A stretch of DNA of 64,000 bases from Ancylonema sp. (lineage: Eukaryota), in the NCBI GenBank assembly GCA_050230475.1, contig JBFLGF010000030.1:1-64000 (forward strand). Direction: 5' to 3'. Below are positions 29,862 through 43,967 of this stretch, piece after piece. Numbering within the stretch: the first letter of the stretch is position 1; every line of letters begins with the position of its first letter. The notes below the pieces were generated by a model that did not search any database, was not told the origin of the DNA, and saw only the letters and a program-made list of their open reading frames with translations. The position numbers were made by a program, and so were the translations under genes.

Positions 29862-31579
29862 TCATAGCCCTGGCACAGCCACTCTCTGCGCTGTGGGCCC
29901 CACATTGTGAACCAGCTGCTGCAGCCAGCGACGGGTGGTCTGGTCATCCTGGACTCACAAATCCACACCCCCCAAAGTTGGTCCATCACACTCCACCCCC
30001 AGGAGTCAACAACAGGGAAGGGGCAGCAGCCTCAACCCCCCAGGTGTCAACAACAGAGAAATAGCGGCAGCAGCAGCCTCACCCTCAAGCACTCGGCAAA
30101 AGTGTTGTCCCGCAGTAGCTCCGGCAGAGCGTTTCGGAGCGCCTCACAAGCTCTGCGCAGGCAGAGGCACAGCAAGCAGCCCAACGAGCCCAATGAGCCC
30201 GACGAGTCCGCGACCCCATGGTAGACCCACCCAGCAGGCCCCCAACGGAGGCCCCTTGTTCTCACCGCGGGTTGTCCGAGAGTCGTAGGTAGCAGCGGAT
30301 GATGTGCTTCAGCAGGCGCACAGAGGGGGTTTCTGCCAGCATGGCGACCATGGTGGACAGGACGGCGCTCACGGCAAAAAACCGTTCTGCCGTCGCACAG
30401 ATGTAGTTGAGGCCGACGTCATCCAGGAGGATCTTCTGGACAATGAAGGTGGCCACCTGCCAAAAAAACGTGGGAGGGACAGTGAGCAGGTGGGGAGGAG
30501 TACGGGCAAACCCCTCCAGTCCCCAAATTCGGCCTACCGTTTTGGAGAGCTCTGAGCCCATCTCCATGGTGCGCAGGCAGAGGGGAATGATCTCGGTGGA
30601 CAGCAGGAAGTTGATGACATCCGTATCGTCCACCTGGCGCCACGTGGCAGGTGGGTGAGGTCGTGGGACCATGTATGTGGGTGGGTGGACGGCAGAGAAG
30701 GCACGTGGCGGGCAGTACCTTGACGAGCGCTCCTATCACACCCAGGCTTGTTAGCCGCAAGTACTCGAAGGGCCGCGTCTTGCTCACGGTGTTTAAAAAG
30801 GGGTAGAGGTAGAGGGGGATGTGGGCTGAAAACCAACCCGCACGGCTTCTGTTTGTCAGAATGGCATAAACGAAAATGGACGACAATCCACGGTTACGGT
30901 TATGATTGCGGTTACGGTAACCATTACCTTTGAGAAAGAGGGCCCGCGTCTCCTGATGGGATGCTACACACTGCAAGCGGGTACAGGCAGGTGCAATTAT
31001 GCTAAAGTGAGATCCACGAGGCTAGACTAGACCAGTACAGGTGCACACGGCGGTCATCTTCAGAAGGAAAAGGTACCTGGAGGAGGGCCAGGGCATTGCA
31101 GACGCGATTCGAGGCCCCAGCTGTGAGGGTCGGGGGGGACAGCATTGGGTAGATCGACACAATCTCCTGCAGAAGAGGGACAGAGTCAGGTGTCTCTTCT
31201 GGCGTCAGCGCAAAACGGCGTCAATAGTGGCGGTGTATACGATGATAACGGTAACGTCGTGGTAAAGTCGAGGTGCAGGGACAGCTGTACCTGCAGCAGA
31301 GCGGCTATGGTGCCACAGGAATGCCATAAAATGGGCGCCAAGTCGGGGAAGGCCTCCCGCTTCTGCATTCACGTCGAAAAAAACCATTCACTACTGGAAG
31401 TGACTGGAGGTGACTTCTTCGTCGGCGTTATTCCTTACTGTGACATATCAAAGAGCTTAATTATCGTACGTCGAAAAACGTAGGAAACGTTTGCGTACCT
31501 TGCTGAGATCCAATAGGGCGTTTTCCCGCTGCTCGGGTACTATTAAGTCTAAAACTAAACTTTCGGGACTTGTCGTCAT
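29862..31579 (-). CDS. CNOT9: CCR4-NOT subunit 9 (RCD1/Rqcd1/CAF40); multi-exon
   Basis: [121 protein letters not shown]. Confidence 0.95.
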
Positions 31580-32263
31580 AACTAATACACAGCTGGATAA
31601 AACCCACCCTCTACGGACGAATACCAAGACTCTGATACATGTGTGGAGCCTAATTCACGAGTGTCATGTCGGACAAAGATGGTAGAAACCACGAATCCGA
31701 AAAATGGCGATAACGACTGACGCAAACAGCTGTTCAAGCACCCACATGATGCACCATTTCCCCCCCGACTACAAATATGATCCCCCGTAGCTCCGTGGTT
31801 GTCGTGTCCACACGGGGGTGATGATTGTTGATGTCCTTTCCAGCTTCTCTGAACCAACACCTGGCAGCGGCGCAAATCGGGAAAAAGCCGCCTGTACGGT
31901 TACATTGACTTCCGTACAGAGGGTGCTCTAATTACATCTCTTCACCGGACGGTCGAAACTCACAGGGCTCAGCGCCAGTGTCGCAGTACAAAAACACTGA
32001 ACCCGTTGTACTCAATCGCCAGCAGAAATTTGGCACTAGCAAGTGCCACCCCCTTACTTTTGCCAGCTGGCCGCTTTACTCTTGACATGTACCAGAAACT
32101 AGCCAATTCGTGAGGCGGCAGGGGCGGATATTGAGTACGCCAGAAAAGCGTGGTGAGTGCATCAGTTCCGCCAGGAAGGACCGCAATCTGGTCTCTCCAT
32201 CCCACTCTTTGATCACTCCGCGAATCATAGTCTAGCCCATAGGGAACAATAAAACCAGGCGAC

Positions 32264-34769
32264 ATGCCCGCAAAGCACAAGCCCGCAGCTGGCGTGGGCC
32301 AAGCGCTCATCCGCCATCGCTTCCACCGCTCAAAAGAGTATGAAAATGCTGACGTTAGCCGCCTACACACTTTAGACGGAGATCTTATGAATAAACCAGC
32401 ACTTGTGTCAGTCATTGATCGAAGTGATTTGGATGAATTGCTTCAAAGTGCCCAAGAAGCAAGCAGAGACTTCACTGCGGAGAGGGGAACAGCGCAGGTG
32501 GTGTTAAACAGGTAAGTCCTCCGAACTTGTCGGACATTCAGGTGGCGTTTATCCTTGTGGGGGGTAATCGAGACCCGTGAAAACGCCTGCCGAGCTGCAA
32601 AATCATTTTGATTTTCACTTTTTTATTTTCTGTACGTATTTATCCCCTCTTTTTTCCCCGCTCACTTCAAAGCATTCACCAGACTCACCTTCTCTGCCCT
32701 GGGGGCTATCCGTTGTCAGTGACCGCGCCGGTTTCGGCACCATGCCGGTGGGGGAGAAGCGTCAGCTGCAGCTCGCAGAGGAAGCCATGAACGCCGACAG
32801 CCTCACTATCCCTCGAAGGTGATTCCCCCCCACCGCCAGTCTCACAATCCACATAAATTCTCGCACCCTGACCGTGTGATTTGGTGCCACAGGCCCCCCT
32901 GGCATCCCGACATGCCCGCCGACGAGCTGGATGCGAGCGAGCGCACCTCTTTCCTAGAGTGGCGTCGCGGGCTGGTTCGGTATGTGACCACACTCACTGT
33001 CTCACAGGCGCACACTGTATAGGAGCGCAGGAGAACCAACACTCCAAAGTGTCTCCTGCCTACTTTTCAGGCTGGAAGAGAACGAGGCCCTTGTTCTCAC
33101 CCCTTTCGAGAAGAATCTGGACATCTGGCGCCAGGTGTGGAGGGTGGTCGAACGAAGCGACCTGGTAAGGAGGGGCGCTGCAGAGGAGGGGACAGTCTGC
33201 CTCAGTAGCCTACGAGATCGTGATGGGGTGGCGGGGGGGGGGGTTTGGGGGCTCCAGCTTGTTGTGGTGGTGGATGCTCGCAAGCCGCTCTTCTACCGAT
33301 GCCCCGACTTAGAGGTGGGGAAAGGGTGGGGAGGAAAGGGGGTGGGGATGGGGTTGGGCGTATCCCCATACGGAAACCATAATCCATCCCCCATTGCACC
33401 CCTTCCTGTGTTGGCAGGCCTATGTGAAGGAGCTTGACTCGGACAAGGAGACGATGCTCCTCCTGAACAAAGCAGACCTCCTCCCTCCCGCTGCAAGGTA
33501 AGGTCACAGAGGCACAGGTTGGGAAAAGGTTGGGATTCACAGATGGAGGAGGGAAGGGAGTGAACGGTTGGGGAGTTGGGGTGGGGGATCAGGTTGGCCT
33601 GGTCCGAGTACTTGGTTTCCCACGGAATCGGTTTCTACTTCTGGTCCGCCAAGGAGGCCACCGCCGAACTAGAGAACGGGCAAGAAGGGGAAGCAGAGGC
33701 AGGGGGGGGGGCAAGGGAGGGGGAGGGGGAGGGGGGGGGTGGGGAGGATGGTGTGTTGGGTCGCGAGCAGCTGCTACATCTCCTGGAGGCGCGAGCGGCC
33801 GAGATCGCCGCGCGTCGTCGCGCCAAGGGGGGGGGGTCGAGAGGGGACGGCCCGGCGGTGGTGGGGTTGGTTGGCTATCCGAACGTGGGCAAAAGTTCCA
33901 CCATCAATGCGCTGGCGGGGAGGAAGAAGACGGGGGTCACCTCCACCCCCGGGAAAACCAAACACTTCCAGACCCTCCTGCTTACGGACCATCTGATGTT
34001 GTGCGACTGTCCGGGGCTCGTCTTCCCTTCCTTCACCACCTCGAGATCGGAGATGGTTGCGGCGGGGGTGCTGCCCATCGACCGGTTAACCGACCAGCGG
34101 GGTCCCGTGGAGGTGGTGGCTGAGAGGGTGCCGAGGACGGTTTTGGAGTCCACGTACGGGCTCAAGCTGCCGCAGCCCGCCCCTCATGAGCCCCAGGACC
34201 GCCCTCCCACGCCTGCGGAGCTCCTGAGGGCGTATGCGCGGTCGCGGAACTATGTGGTGGGGAGTGGGCTACCGGACGAAACGAGGGCGTCGCGCCAGAT
34301 CTTGAAGGACTACATCAATGGAAGGTTGCTGGATTTCTATTGGCCGCCGGGGGCGGAGCCGGTTCAGGTGGGGGCAGCAGAGAGGAGCGGGAGGGACGGG
34401 GTGGAAGAAGGGAATGAGGTGGAAGAGGAGGAGGAGGGGGAGGAGGAGGGGGGGGAGGAGGAGGAGAGTGGGGGGGGGGAGGCAGGCGAGGGGGGGGCTG
34501 GGGGCGTGCTGGAAGATTTCGACGTGACCGGTTTGGGCCCTACTTATCGAGCGGATGGGAGGAGGACAGAGGTGGTCCGCGCAGAACACAAGATGCAAAA
34601 GAAGGGTCCGCGGAAGAAGGATAGGAGTTGGAGGGTGGGCAAGGGAGCGGCGGAGGAGGACACAGATGGCATGCCGCTTGTGAGGGGGGTGGGAAAGGCG
34701 TTGAGCTATGGGGCGAGTGCGAGGGCAACTGTGTTGCCGGAGGATAGGAAGAAAGTGGGGTTGGAGTGA
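32264..34769 (+). CDS. LSG1: Large subunit GTPase 1 (circularly permuted GTPase, 60S maturation); multi-exon
   Basis: LTPFEKNLDIWRQVWRVVERSDL, VVDARKPLFYRCPDLE, LLNKADLL, VGYPNVGKSSTINAL, TPGKTKHFQT, LCDCPGLVFP. Confidence 0.95.
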
Positions 34770-35038
34770 AGGCATGAGGGGGTGGGGTAGTGGGAACCGA
34801 GATCGGTCCCTTTTGTACACTATTGTTGCAAGCCCTAGCAAACATGTCGAAAATAAAGAGAGGGTGGGACGGGTTTCTCGCGATTTGTTTGCAATAAGCA
34901 TTTTGTCCCAATTAAGAAAATGGATATTTTGATTTTCATGTGGACTCAGCGTCCTTCTTTGAATGTTGTATGTCAACAAGGGCGTGGGCGCAAACATGGA
35001 CCGTTGATCGAGACAAGGTATATATGGGTGTTTAAGTG

Positions 35039-36068
35039 CAGGGATGGCAAGTCTAAAAATCCTCTTCGTAATTAGGGGTATTTAGGCCGTAATTACAAAA
35101 GCATAATACGGGTACGCCGAGAAAGCACCCCTGAAAATCCCTAAATATAAATATCAATTTAGGGGCAATTTAGGGGCATTTCCCACCCCAAACGTCAAAC
35201 GAGGGCCTGAATTGCTCTGCCAAAAAAAAAAATTAAAAAAAAAAAAAAAGGCTCTTATGAAAACGTAACGACCGGACTGAACGAGGCATATCAAAGCGCG
35301 CCTGGTTTCTCGATGAAAGGGAAGCCTTCGGAAACATTCGTGTTGGCACATCCGTGTGATCCTAAATGATGAACCACGCGTCACTGACGCGGCGTCACTT
35401 TGTAGGGGATAATGATATAGCGAAATATGTTTTTTTTTTTTAAATGTAAATGCCATCAATTTCCATGACCGTTACATGACCGTTACCTTAAACACGCTTC
35501 TTCCCCCTCCAGATTGTGATGACAAAATGCTCGTATTTTATTATTTGTCCACGTTTGTGGTTGTAGATTAGGAAGTAAGTGCCAATGTGTATAGAAACTG
35601 CGGCGATGGATTACGTTATAAAATGCTTGCGGAACTAGCGATGCTTCCAATGATCCTTTCTTTGTTTGTCACTTCCATGCTTCAGTTTCTTAACATTCAA
35701 GACACAAATTGTTTGATTCTCGCTCCAAGTTTTCTAATTGCACCATATGCTATTGTGAAAACAAAACCCTTTTCTTCATCAAAATGATGTAGGAGATGAA
35801 ACATGCATGATATAGTAAATGTGGTTGCACATGGGTTCTTTCAAAGGTTGTGAGTCCCGTTTTGTCTAATCAGTTCGACATCATGCTTCCAACACATCTG
35901 TCCATTGGAATGGCAAGTTTTTAGGGGCAGCATTATGTTTAAAACTACCAAGAGACCCAATAAACATGTCTACCTTAGCAAATTAGCAATTTAAGTGCAA
36001 ACCCTGATTACGGTTTTTAAGTTAATAACCCCTCAAAGAGCAATTTGGGGCCTAAATTTCCATCCCTG
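35039..36068. mobile_element. Non-autonomous hAT-like element (about 1 kb)
   Basis: TIR CAGGGATGG...CCATCCCTG; flanks TTTAAGTG / TGTAGGTG (6/8 match, decayed TSD); TTTAGGGGC subterminal motifs. Confidence 0.7.
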
Positions 36069-36467
36069 TGTAGGTGTATCCGCACGTGGAACGACCTGTT
36101 TTCCACGTAGCACCAATCTGGGGCTCTTTGGTTGTGCACTTATGAGTGACTAGGGGGAGCTAGGGAGCATCTGGTTCAAAGTGAAACAAAGAGCTGTACA
36201 ATTTGTTTTCCCTTTTTGTAAGGCAACTCTCCCAAATCTTCCGAGTTGTCAAATGTTAGTCAAGATATCACACTATTTGGGGGCTAACGTTTGTAGTATC
36301 GCATTTCGTGGTGCATTTCGCAGTGATCTCGATAGCAAAGGTGGATGGTGAGAAATATGATTGTTCCGAGTGACCCGTCCTTTTCTTCCCATCGCATCCT
36401 TCAGTTCGGGGCAATTTAAACAAAGGGCTATATGATAAAGCATATTAAATTTTCCGTACCTTACTAA

Positions 36468-36582
36468 GACCCACTCTACAACTACAAGTCAAATACCGAT
36501 TTCTCATGCGTGCGGTCCTCACCTAACTCGGACCCACTCGGCAATTGCAAGTCAAACACCGATTTCTCGTATGTGCGGTCCT
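36468..36582. repeat. Diverged tandem duplication, unit about 64 bp
   Basis: GACCCACTC..CAA.T.CAAGTCAAA.ACCGATTTCTC....GTGCGGTCCT occurs twice. Confidence 0.75.
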
Positions 36583-38592
36583 AACGTGTAGGTGTTGGAA
36601 CATTGTCGGTACGTAGTGGAAGAATTAATTTCCACCGGCGCAAAGGAAGAGGTATGGGTTGTGTTGAATTCGTAGTTGGTCGTCAATTACGAAACGCGAC
36701 GAAGTTGCCAAGGTCATTGTTGACTCGGGTTCCGGAGTATGCACAAGATCCTTGGCAACATCATAGATTTTGATATCGTTTGGGTAGTCCCCTACAACGA
36801 CGAAGGCACTCGAGGTCTATGTGGGAAATTCGCGTTTGATTTCAAGTCGCGACTCCGAGTTCATAAATCTTAAAGAGCGAAGTTATGAAAAAAGAAGTAA
36901 GAGATTTCTAGTTTACATGTTCTTACTAGCGGCACGCTTCAAAAATAGGTAAAACCATTTAAAAGTACGTGTGGGTTATATATTCAGCAAAGAATGCGTT
37001 AGTCTTTAATCCTAGCAACCTTTGTTCTCATGTACTCTTCTTCCTTCCTTTTCCCATCATGTACTTCTTTCACTCAAGGACCACCAATTCCCTCCCTTTT
37101 AGTTTCCACTGCGTGCATTCGTGGCCTTCGCTCTTGCCTTGTTGAAGGTCGACTGCAATGCAGTAGAGGCCAAACTGGGTGGATAGGGAGGTTGCCAAAC
37201 ATGTCGCTTCGTTTCGGCATGTAGTTGATACGTGTGTAGTATCGGGAGCAGTCCGTGGGTCGAGTGACGGGGCTTCGTGTATGGCGGCGATTTTTCATCG
37301 ATCAACCGACCGACCGATAAACCCGTTGTTTAAAACGAAAACGTAAAATCAGGCTCATATTGACGCATTACCGAATGTGGTGCCGTGAGCTAGATAGTGG
37401 TGCCATCAGCCATTATGTCATGCGCGTGGAGATCGCTCGAGTATTACCCTTTTTGTATAAAACTCCCTCTCTACACGAATACTATTGCACGTTGCGCCGA
37501 ATTTACTTCCGCCCTGCCGCAACTTTTGGCCCTGCTCATCATCATCCGAGCTCCAGATATCCGGCCTGAGCCCATACCAAATTTGGTCAAATTTGATGTG
37601 AAGGTTTAGACTACTTCACTTGTCGATCCTATGTTCCAAGATGTTATTTGTCAACCGTGGCATCTTGATGAATTGCGGTGACTTGTGATAAATGTATACC
37701 GTAGATGATCTCCAACGATTGTAATTGATTGAAAAATGATATTTTGTATAATTTTGTAGAAATCGTTATGCTTACATTGTGGGCGATTGTGTATTGTTTT
37801 CAAATTTTCTTTGAAAACGTGCACTTACATCGAGGTTGTCTTTAATAATAGGGTCTTGATAACGAGGGAGCACTGTAACTTTGCGAAAATTATCATATTG
37901 CCAATCAAAACGTATCAACGAAATACTTGTGTACCCCATTTGGTTGGCGACTCCGAGTTTAATATTTTAAGTTTGTAGACTGTTAGGAGTAGAAAATTGA
38001 GATAGAAATAATATTTTTTCGGCATTATTCTTGAAAAATGTAACGCGTTATTGGTTCTACCAAATATTTGAACACCAGAAGATTGGAACCATTCCAACCG
38101 GGTTCATTATGGTTGCTAGGCCTCCGAGCTTTATGTGACCTATGACGTTGCAAAACCACGAATTCTATACAGATGTTGTTCCCCAACGAATGAGGACAAA
38201 CGGACTGGGTACAAGGAGACACCGTATTCCTGAAACCAAATAAGGTTCAACATTTGCCGGACGACGCTCCACCATAAAAAATACCATGTTGCGCAATCTA
38301 ATTTTGACACATATCCTACCTGAAAGGCTAGGGCTATTTAACACATCAAATGTTTCTACCACCGCCCACACATGCACTCGGGCGATTAGCGAACTTCTTT
38401 TATCAGCTCAGAAACCCTATTATATCACATGCACTGTGCGCATATGGCATTCAGCAACACATTATTCGCACAACACCATGCAGCCCCCTCTTCCAATGGG
38501 GACCACTTACCCAATTCCACATCCCTCCCCACTCCTTTCTTTCTGCGAATCTTTGGTCCATAATTCATCCACCCCACCCCTCCCCCATCTAG

Positions 38593-41457
38593 TCACGCCC
38601 CATCGCTCTCCCCTCCATTCCTTATTTCTTCGTATCCCGCCGTTGACCGATGTTGTCCGTAGAGAGCATATCCTCCCACGGCCACCACACTGACCACCAA
38701 CAAACGGATCCACGCCTCCACATGCATCTACAAGAAAGGGGGAAAGGGGGGAAGGGGGGAAGGGGGAAAGGGGGGAAGGGGGAAAGGGGGGAAGGGGGAA
38801 AGGGGGGGAAGAGGGAAAGGGGGTAAGAGGGAAAGTAGGAAATGGGGAAAGGGGGCAAAAGGGGAATGGGGAATGCAGGGAACGAAACCATTGCGTGCAA
38901 TAAGGGAGTATGGATTTGATCTGTCCCCCACCTGTGCCACAAGGTAAATGTTGAACATCATCCCCACCAGCGGCAGAACCGGCACCCAGGGGCACAAAAA
39001 CCCAGGGCCAGGTACATAACTCTGGCAGAACACCAGCGGCACAAGTGGCAGAAGTGCCCCTCCAAGCACGAGAAGCGTGACCCCCACAGGGGCCCCAAGG
39101 TGCGTGGTGAGGCCGACTGCAAATGCGCCCACCATGAGCCCAGCCACACACACGGCCGCCTCCTCCCACCGCCCCAGGGGCGTGAGTGCCCTCCAACGAG
39201 GGGGCGCCACGTCAGCGTCTGCAGCGGGTCCGCTCTGCAGTCTCAGCATGACGACGCAGACACACACTAGGGAGTAGCTCACCTGAAAACAACAGGAGAA
39301 ATTTGGGTGGTGAGGTGGAGGGTAAAAAGGGGAGAGAGGAGGGGGGGAGGGGGGGAGGGGGGGAGGGTGGGAGGGGGGGAGGGGAGGAGGGGGGAGGTGG
39401 GGAGAGTGTTTACCAGCACTCCCACGGAGAGTATGTGGCTGAGAGCTGCCACATTGTACAGCCCCCCCAGAGTGCCTGCCACGGCCCCCACCAACAGCTG
39501 GGCGCGCATGGGGGTGTGGTGAAAAGGGTCCACGTGGGAGAGGAAGGGGGGGAGAAGACCGTCACGAGCGAGGGCCATGTACAGGCGAGACTGAATGGGG
39601 GGGGGGGGGGGGGGGTTTCAGAATTGATTGAAGGAGGATGAAACAAAATTACTGGGGGGGAATTCAAACAAAAGGAAACAAATACACACCCAAAAAAAAA
39701 ACACCAACACAACCTAATAATATATTAAAAAAAACATCAACAACAACAAATATGACACAAAAAAACCCAAACAAAAAAGGAAAAAAAAATCCCCAAATGC
39801 AACGACAACAAAACAAAAAAGAATCAAATAAGAAATCCAAAAAAAAAACAACAACAGAACAAAATTTCAATTAAAAAGGAGGGGGGGTGCAAAGGTTAGA
39901 GAGGGGGGACTTTCTGACCTGCACATAGAGGCCCGCCAGGAGGGTGGTGGTGAGGCCCACCACTGCTCCCAAATCAATGATCCCGCTCACAAATCGAAGG
40001 CCCTTGGAAATAAACGCGGTGGCAAGTGGGGCGACTGGATCCAGTTGCCAGTAGGGCACCATGCCCGTAATCACACCGCTCACGCAAATGTACAGCAGAG
40101 CGCAGATGGCCAGGGAAACGAGGATGCCGATGGGGAGGTCTCGCTGCGAAACCCATCAATACCAGCTATCAGGAACAGGGTTGGGTACCAAACCCCGAAC
40201 CCGCCCCCGACCCGCCCCCAGCCCGCCCCCGCCCCGCCCCCGACCGGCGGGTTGCGGCTCTCTTCTGCAGTGTTTGCCACTGCGTCAAATCCTACGTAGG
40301 AGAAGAATACGACGCTGGCGGAGGTGACGACGGCCTTGTAGCCGTGGGGGGCGAAGGGGAGCCAATTGGAGGGGGTGAGTTGGGTGGAGCCGACCCCAAT
40401 GACCAGGAGCACAATCAGGATCTGGGATACCAGGGGACGTCAAAGGACAAGGAATCTTCAGGGGGCATGCAGTATGTGGTATGTGGCGTCTGATATCTGT
40501 GGTACCTGTGGTATCTGTGGTATCTGTGGGGGTTGCGCTAATCTGAGGCCCTCTCAATCGACCTCAGTCTGATACACGCACCCTCCTTCAAGTCTGACTT
40601 TTCATTGCTGTGGCATTCGATTGTGGCCCGGAAGTGAGAAACTGAACAATGACCAGCCCGGGCGTATCTGGAATGCTTCAATACAAAAACACTCTCATGC
40701 TTTTTGAGCCTTGGGCTCTGGGCTCTGGGCTCTGCGCGGACCTTGACAATGGTCATGCCTGCGTTGAGTGTGGCCGACTCCCGCACTCCCCGACAGAGAA
40801 TGAGTGTGAGGGCGGCCAACAGGAGAGGCGCCAGGAGGTTGATGGACCGGACGCCGTGGAACAGCGGCATCCCGCCCGGGGCGAGAACGGCGGGGAGCCA
40901 GGAGGCGAGGGGGGGGAAGATTTGGAGCACGAGGGTGGACAGGTGGCCGGCCAAGCTGCGGGCGAGGCTGGCTGCACCGATGTGGTAGTCCAGCATGAGG
41001 TGGGAGAAGAGGACGAAGGCGGGCAGCTCACCGAACGCCGCGTACGCGTACATGTACGCTCCGCCCACTACTCCGGGGAAGCGGGCGGAGAGTTCGGCGT
41101 AGCACAACGCGTCCACCACGCACGCAAGACCAGCGAGCGCGAAGCTCATCGTGACCGCTGCGGGATGCCACGCATGCCTACAGCGATTTAGATCGACGTT
41201 CCAGAATACGACATGTGAGGCGGGTGTCACGTAGGCTCACCGGGGCCGGCATCTAGGGCTGCAACTCCCGTTATCACAAAGATTCCGGAGCCAATCGAGG
41301 CGCCGACACCCAGCAAGATGAGATCCCATACACCGAGACTGCGCTCAAGCCTCTTTTCGGCGCTTGCATTGTCAAACCCAGCGGGCCGAGGGACTTTGAT
41401 ACGCGTGGCAGCAGCGAGAAAAGACTTCAAGCGGGAGGGCTCCCCCCCGGTTGCCAT
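38593..41457 (-). CDS. CAT9: Cationic amino acid transporter 9-like (APC family); multi-exon
   Basis: DLILLGVGASIGSGIFVITG, DALCYAELSARFPGVVGGAY, LDYHIGAAS, VFFSYVGFDAVANTAEES, LARDGLLP, LSHILSVG, CPWVPVLP; TGA at 38593-38595. Confidence 0.88.
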
Positions 41458-41882
41458 CTTTACCTCCTTCTAAAGATATATCACTGATAAAAGTCTCAAA
41501 GACTCGCACGTTTATGGACAAGGAATCCAGCGGATTCAGATTTATACAGACTATGGAATTACTTCCCCTTAAAAAACCGATGAGGCCTCTGACTCCTTAG
41601 CCAGGGCCCAGAGCTCTGAGATCCATGCTGCAGCTCCCGGAACTCTAAGGTGTGCAGGCTCAACGTGACTCCGCCGCTGCCATTTCCCCCAATCCCTCGG
41701 GGGGGAATGTTACGCGCAGACTAAGGGTACCGGCTGGTGATTTGGCCATTAAAAACTTGCCGTCGAATTACCCGGACTCTCCCGGTACTACCCGTAAAAT
41801 CGATGTTGGCGTTAATCTTTGGTAATATCTCGGTTTATCGTGGCATAATTGCCGCAGTACGTGAACCAGCGTCTCCCGACTA

Positions 41883-42503
41883 CAGTGCTCCCTCGATATA
41901 ACGACTCTGATATAACGACAACCTCGGTATAACGACAGTTTTTTTAACTTTTTTAAAATCAATATGAAATCGCCCTCGATATAAGCATAACGACCACTCT
42001 ATATAATGACAAATTGTTTCATAAATTTGATACCGAATGTCGTTATACTGTGTATATAACGCTATTGCTCGCGGATAACGATGTATGGAAATCGAGAAAA
42101 ATATAGAACGGCACCTCAAATTCTATATAAATTCTATATAGGTCCAATAGAATGTGCGTGTCCGGTGTTGCTTTGTAAACTTTGATACCTCCCCAACTCT
42201 CCTCGTAAAATTTTGTAAAATGTATATTTTGTCCATCCGCATGTATTGGTATCATGACGCACTTGTATAGCTCGTATAACAATACACACGCTGAATTTAA
42301 TAATCATACCAAGGCAACTTATTATAGGAAACATATAATAAACACATTTGCTTATTCATTTTGCTTCATTCACAAAGTCCCTCGATACAACGACATAGAT
42401 TTCAGATTCTAGTAGTAAACGTCGTTATACAGTGTATAACGACACCTCGATATAACGACGCTTTTATGGATTATATTTTTGTCGTTATATCGAGGGAGCA
42501 CTG
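41883..42503 (+). mobile_element. pogo/Tc1-mariner-like MITE, best-preserved copy
   Basis: Perfect TIR CAGTGCTCCCTCGATATAACGAC / GTCGTTATATCGAGGGAGCACTG flanked by TA. Confidence 0.9.
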
Positions 42504-42563
42504 TAGGCGGTACCCCGCAAATTTTTTTGTCCGGTTTAATAATAACCCGCATATACCCTCAAG

Positions 42564-43215
42564 TACCGTACTGGCCAACTTTAATACCCCACTAATTAAT
42601 TATTTATGGCTGAGGTGGGGCAAGGAAAATAATTCGAGATTTGAGATTTTGGGGTATTAAGTAGGTCCGGTAATTCGTTTATTGGGACTTGTGGGGTATT
42701 ATCCTAAAATTCTGCCAGCCGGGGTAATAGCAGCGGCAAGCTCTAAATAACACGGGTTTTTGTCGTTCCTGGCAAAATTAATATACCAGAAATCATGTAA
42801 GCATTTTCGTGGTCATTCCACACAAATGTGAGAAACAATCTCAAAAAACAAATACCGTATGCCCATGAGCCGAAGAGCCCACGATTCGTGAACCTCAAGA
42901 GCCCCTCAAATCACTTGCGGGGTCATGATTCTAGACGCATTTCAATTTTCGAAGCGCGGTTGTCACCTATTACAGACTTTACTGGATATAAGGGCTAGTA
43001 TTGAGCCCACTTAGAGTCTATAAATAAAAAAAAACCCGTTACCGGGTTGGGGTATTAATTCGCTGGGCTAATGTAATTAATACCTAAAAATGGGCTGGGG
43101 TAAGGGGGTGGGGTAACATTAACTAATTATTTTTGGATGGGGTAAGGGGGTGGGGCGTGAATAAACATATTGTTTGGGAAAAGGGGTGGGGTATTAAAGT
43201 TGGCCACTACGGGTA
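42564..43215. mobile_element. MITE with (C)CCGTA termini, nested
   Basis: TACCGTACTGGCCAACTTTAATACCCCAC versus GTGGGGTATTAAAGTTGGCCACTACGGGTA, a near-perfect inverted repeat with outer TA. Confidence 0.8.
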
Positions 43216-43967
43216 ACCCGCAAATACCCTAGCCTACCCCTAATTACCCCCACCGTACCCTCAAAAGTTTTGAGGGTACGGGTTTTTAGTCAAAACCCCT
43301 TGAATACCCGGAAATATCCCCGAAAACCCTCAAATATCCGGAATAACCCTAGCATATCCTAGCATACCCTGAGGGTATTATACCTTATCAAAGGCTATAA
43401 AATAGTCCCAATATTTAAAAATAAAACTTTGCATCACCAAAATTTGAATGTTAAGAGAGTCTCTGTGAAAGACACGCAATTGTAAAGCCTAGACGTGGTA
43501 TACACTAGTATTTGACGGTATCGTTGTAAATAACATGGAGCATGTCAACCATAGTGACTCGCTCATCTTATTCTTCCGAAAGATCCACATTGCGCCGAAA
43601 GTGTTCCACACATTTCTCATGAGATGGTTCTTCTTCACCATCTGACTCTTGCGTATCAAGTGACATGTCCATGACGAAAAATGGTTGGCTCTGTCCCCAA
43701 GCCTCAAGAAAAAAAAACACCCACCCACCACATAGCTATCCACGACCTCTATACAAGTCCTATCCAGGCAACCTCGAGACTCTCTAAGCCACCAGCGACA
43801 ACTTGTCGCCGACAAAGGGGATAGGGTTCGCGCCGTTTTCAACAAGGTTTTCTTGGCCACTGCCAGGCCGCACTGATTCGTAACCGAAAATTAGGCGATT
43901 ACATACCTATAAATGACGGAAAAATCCCGGAAGAACCTACCATAACCTACCCTGATGTATCGTGGAA

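Noticed and set aside
43489..43860. Possible BED-finger remnant inside the nested element
   Set aside because: Only a VW..F-like hint; the Cys/His pattern is incomplete.
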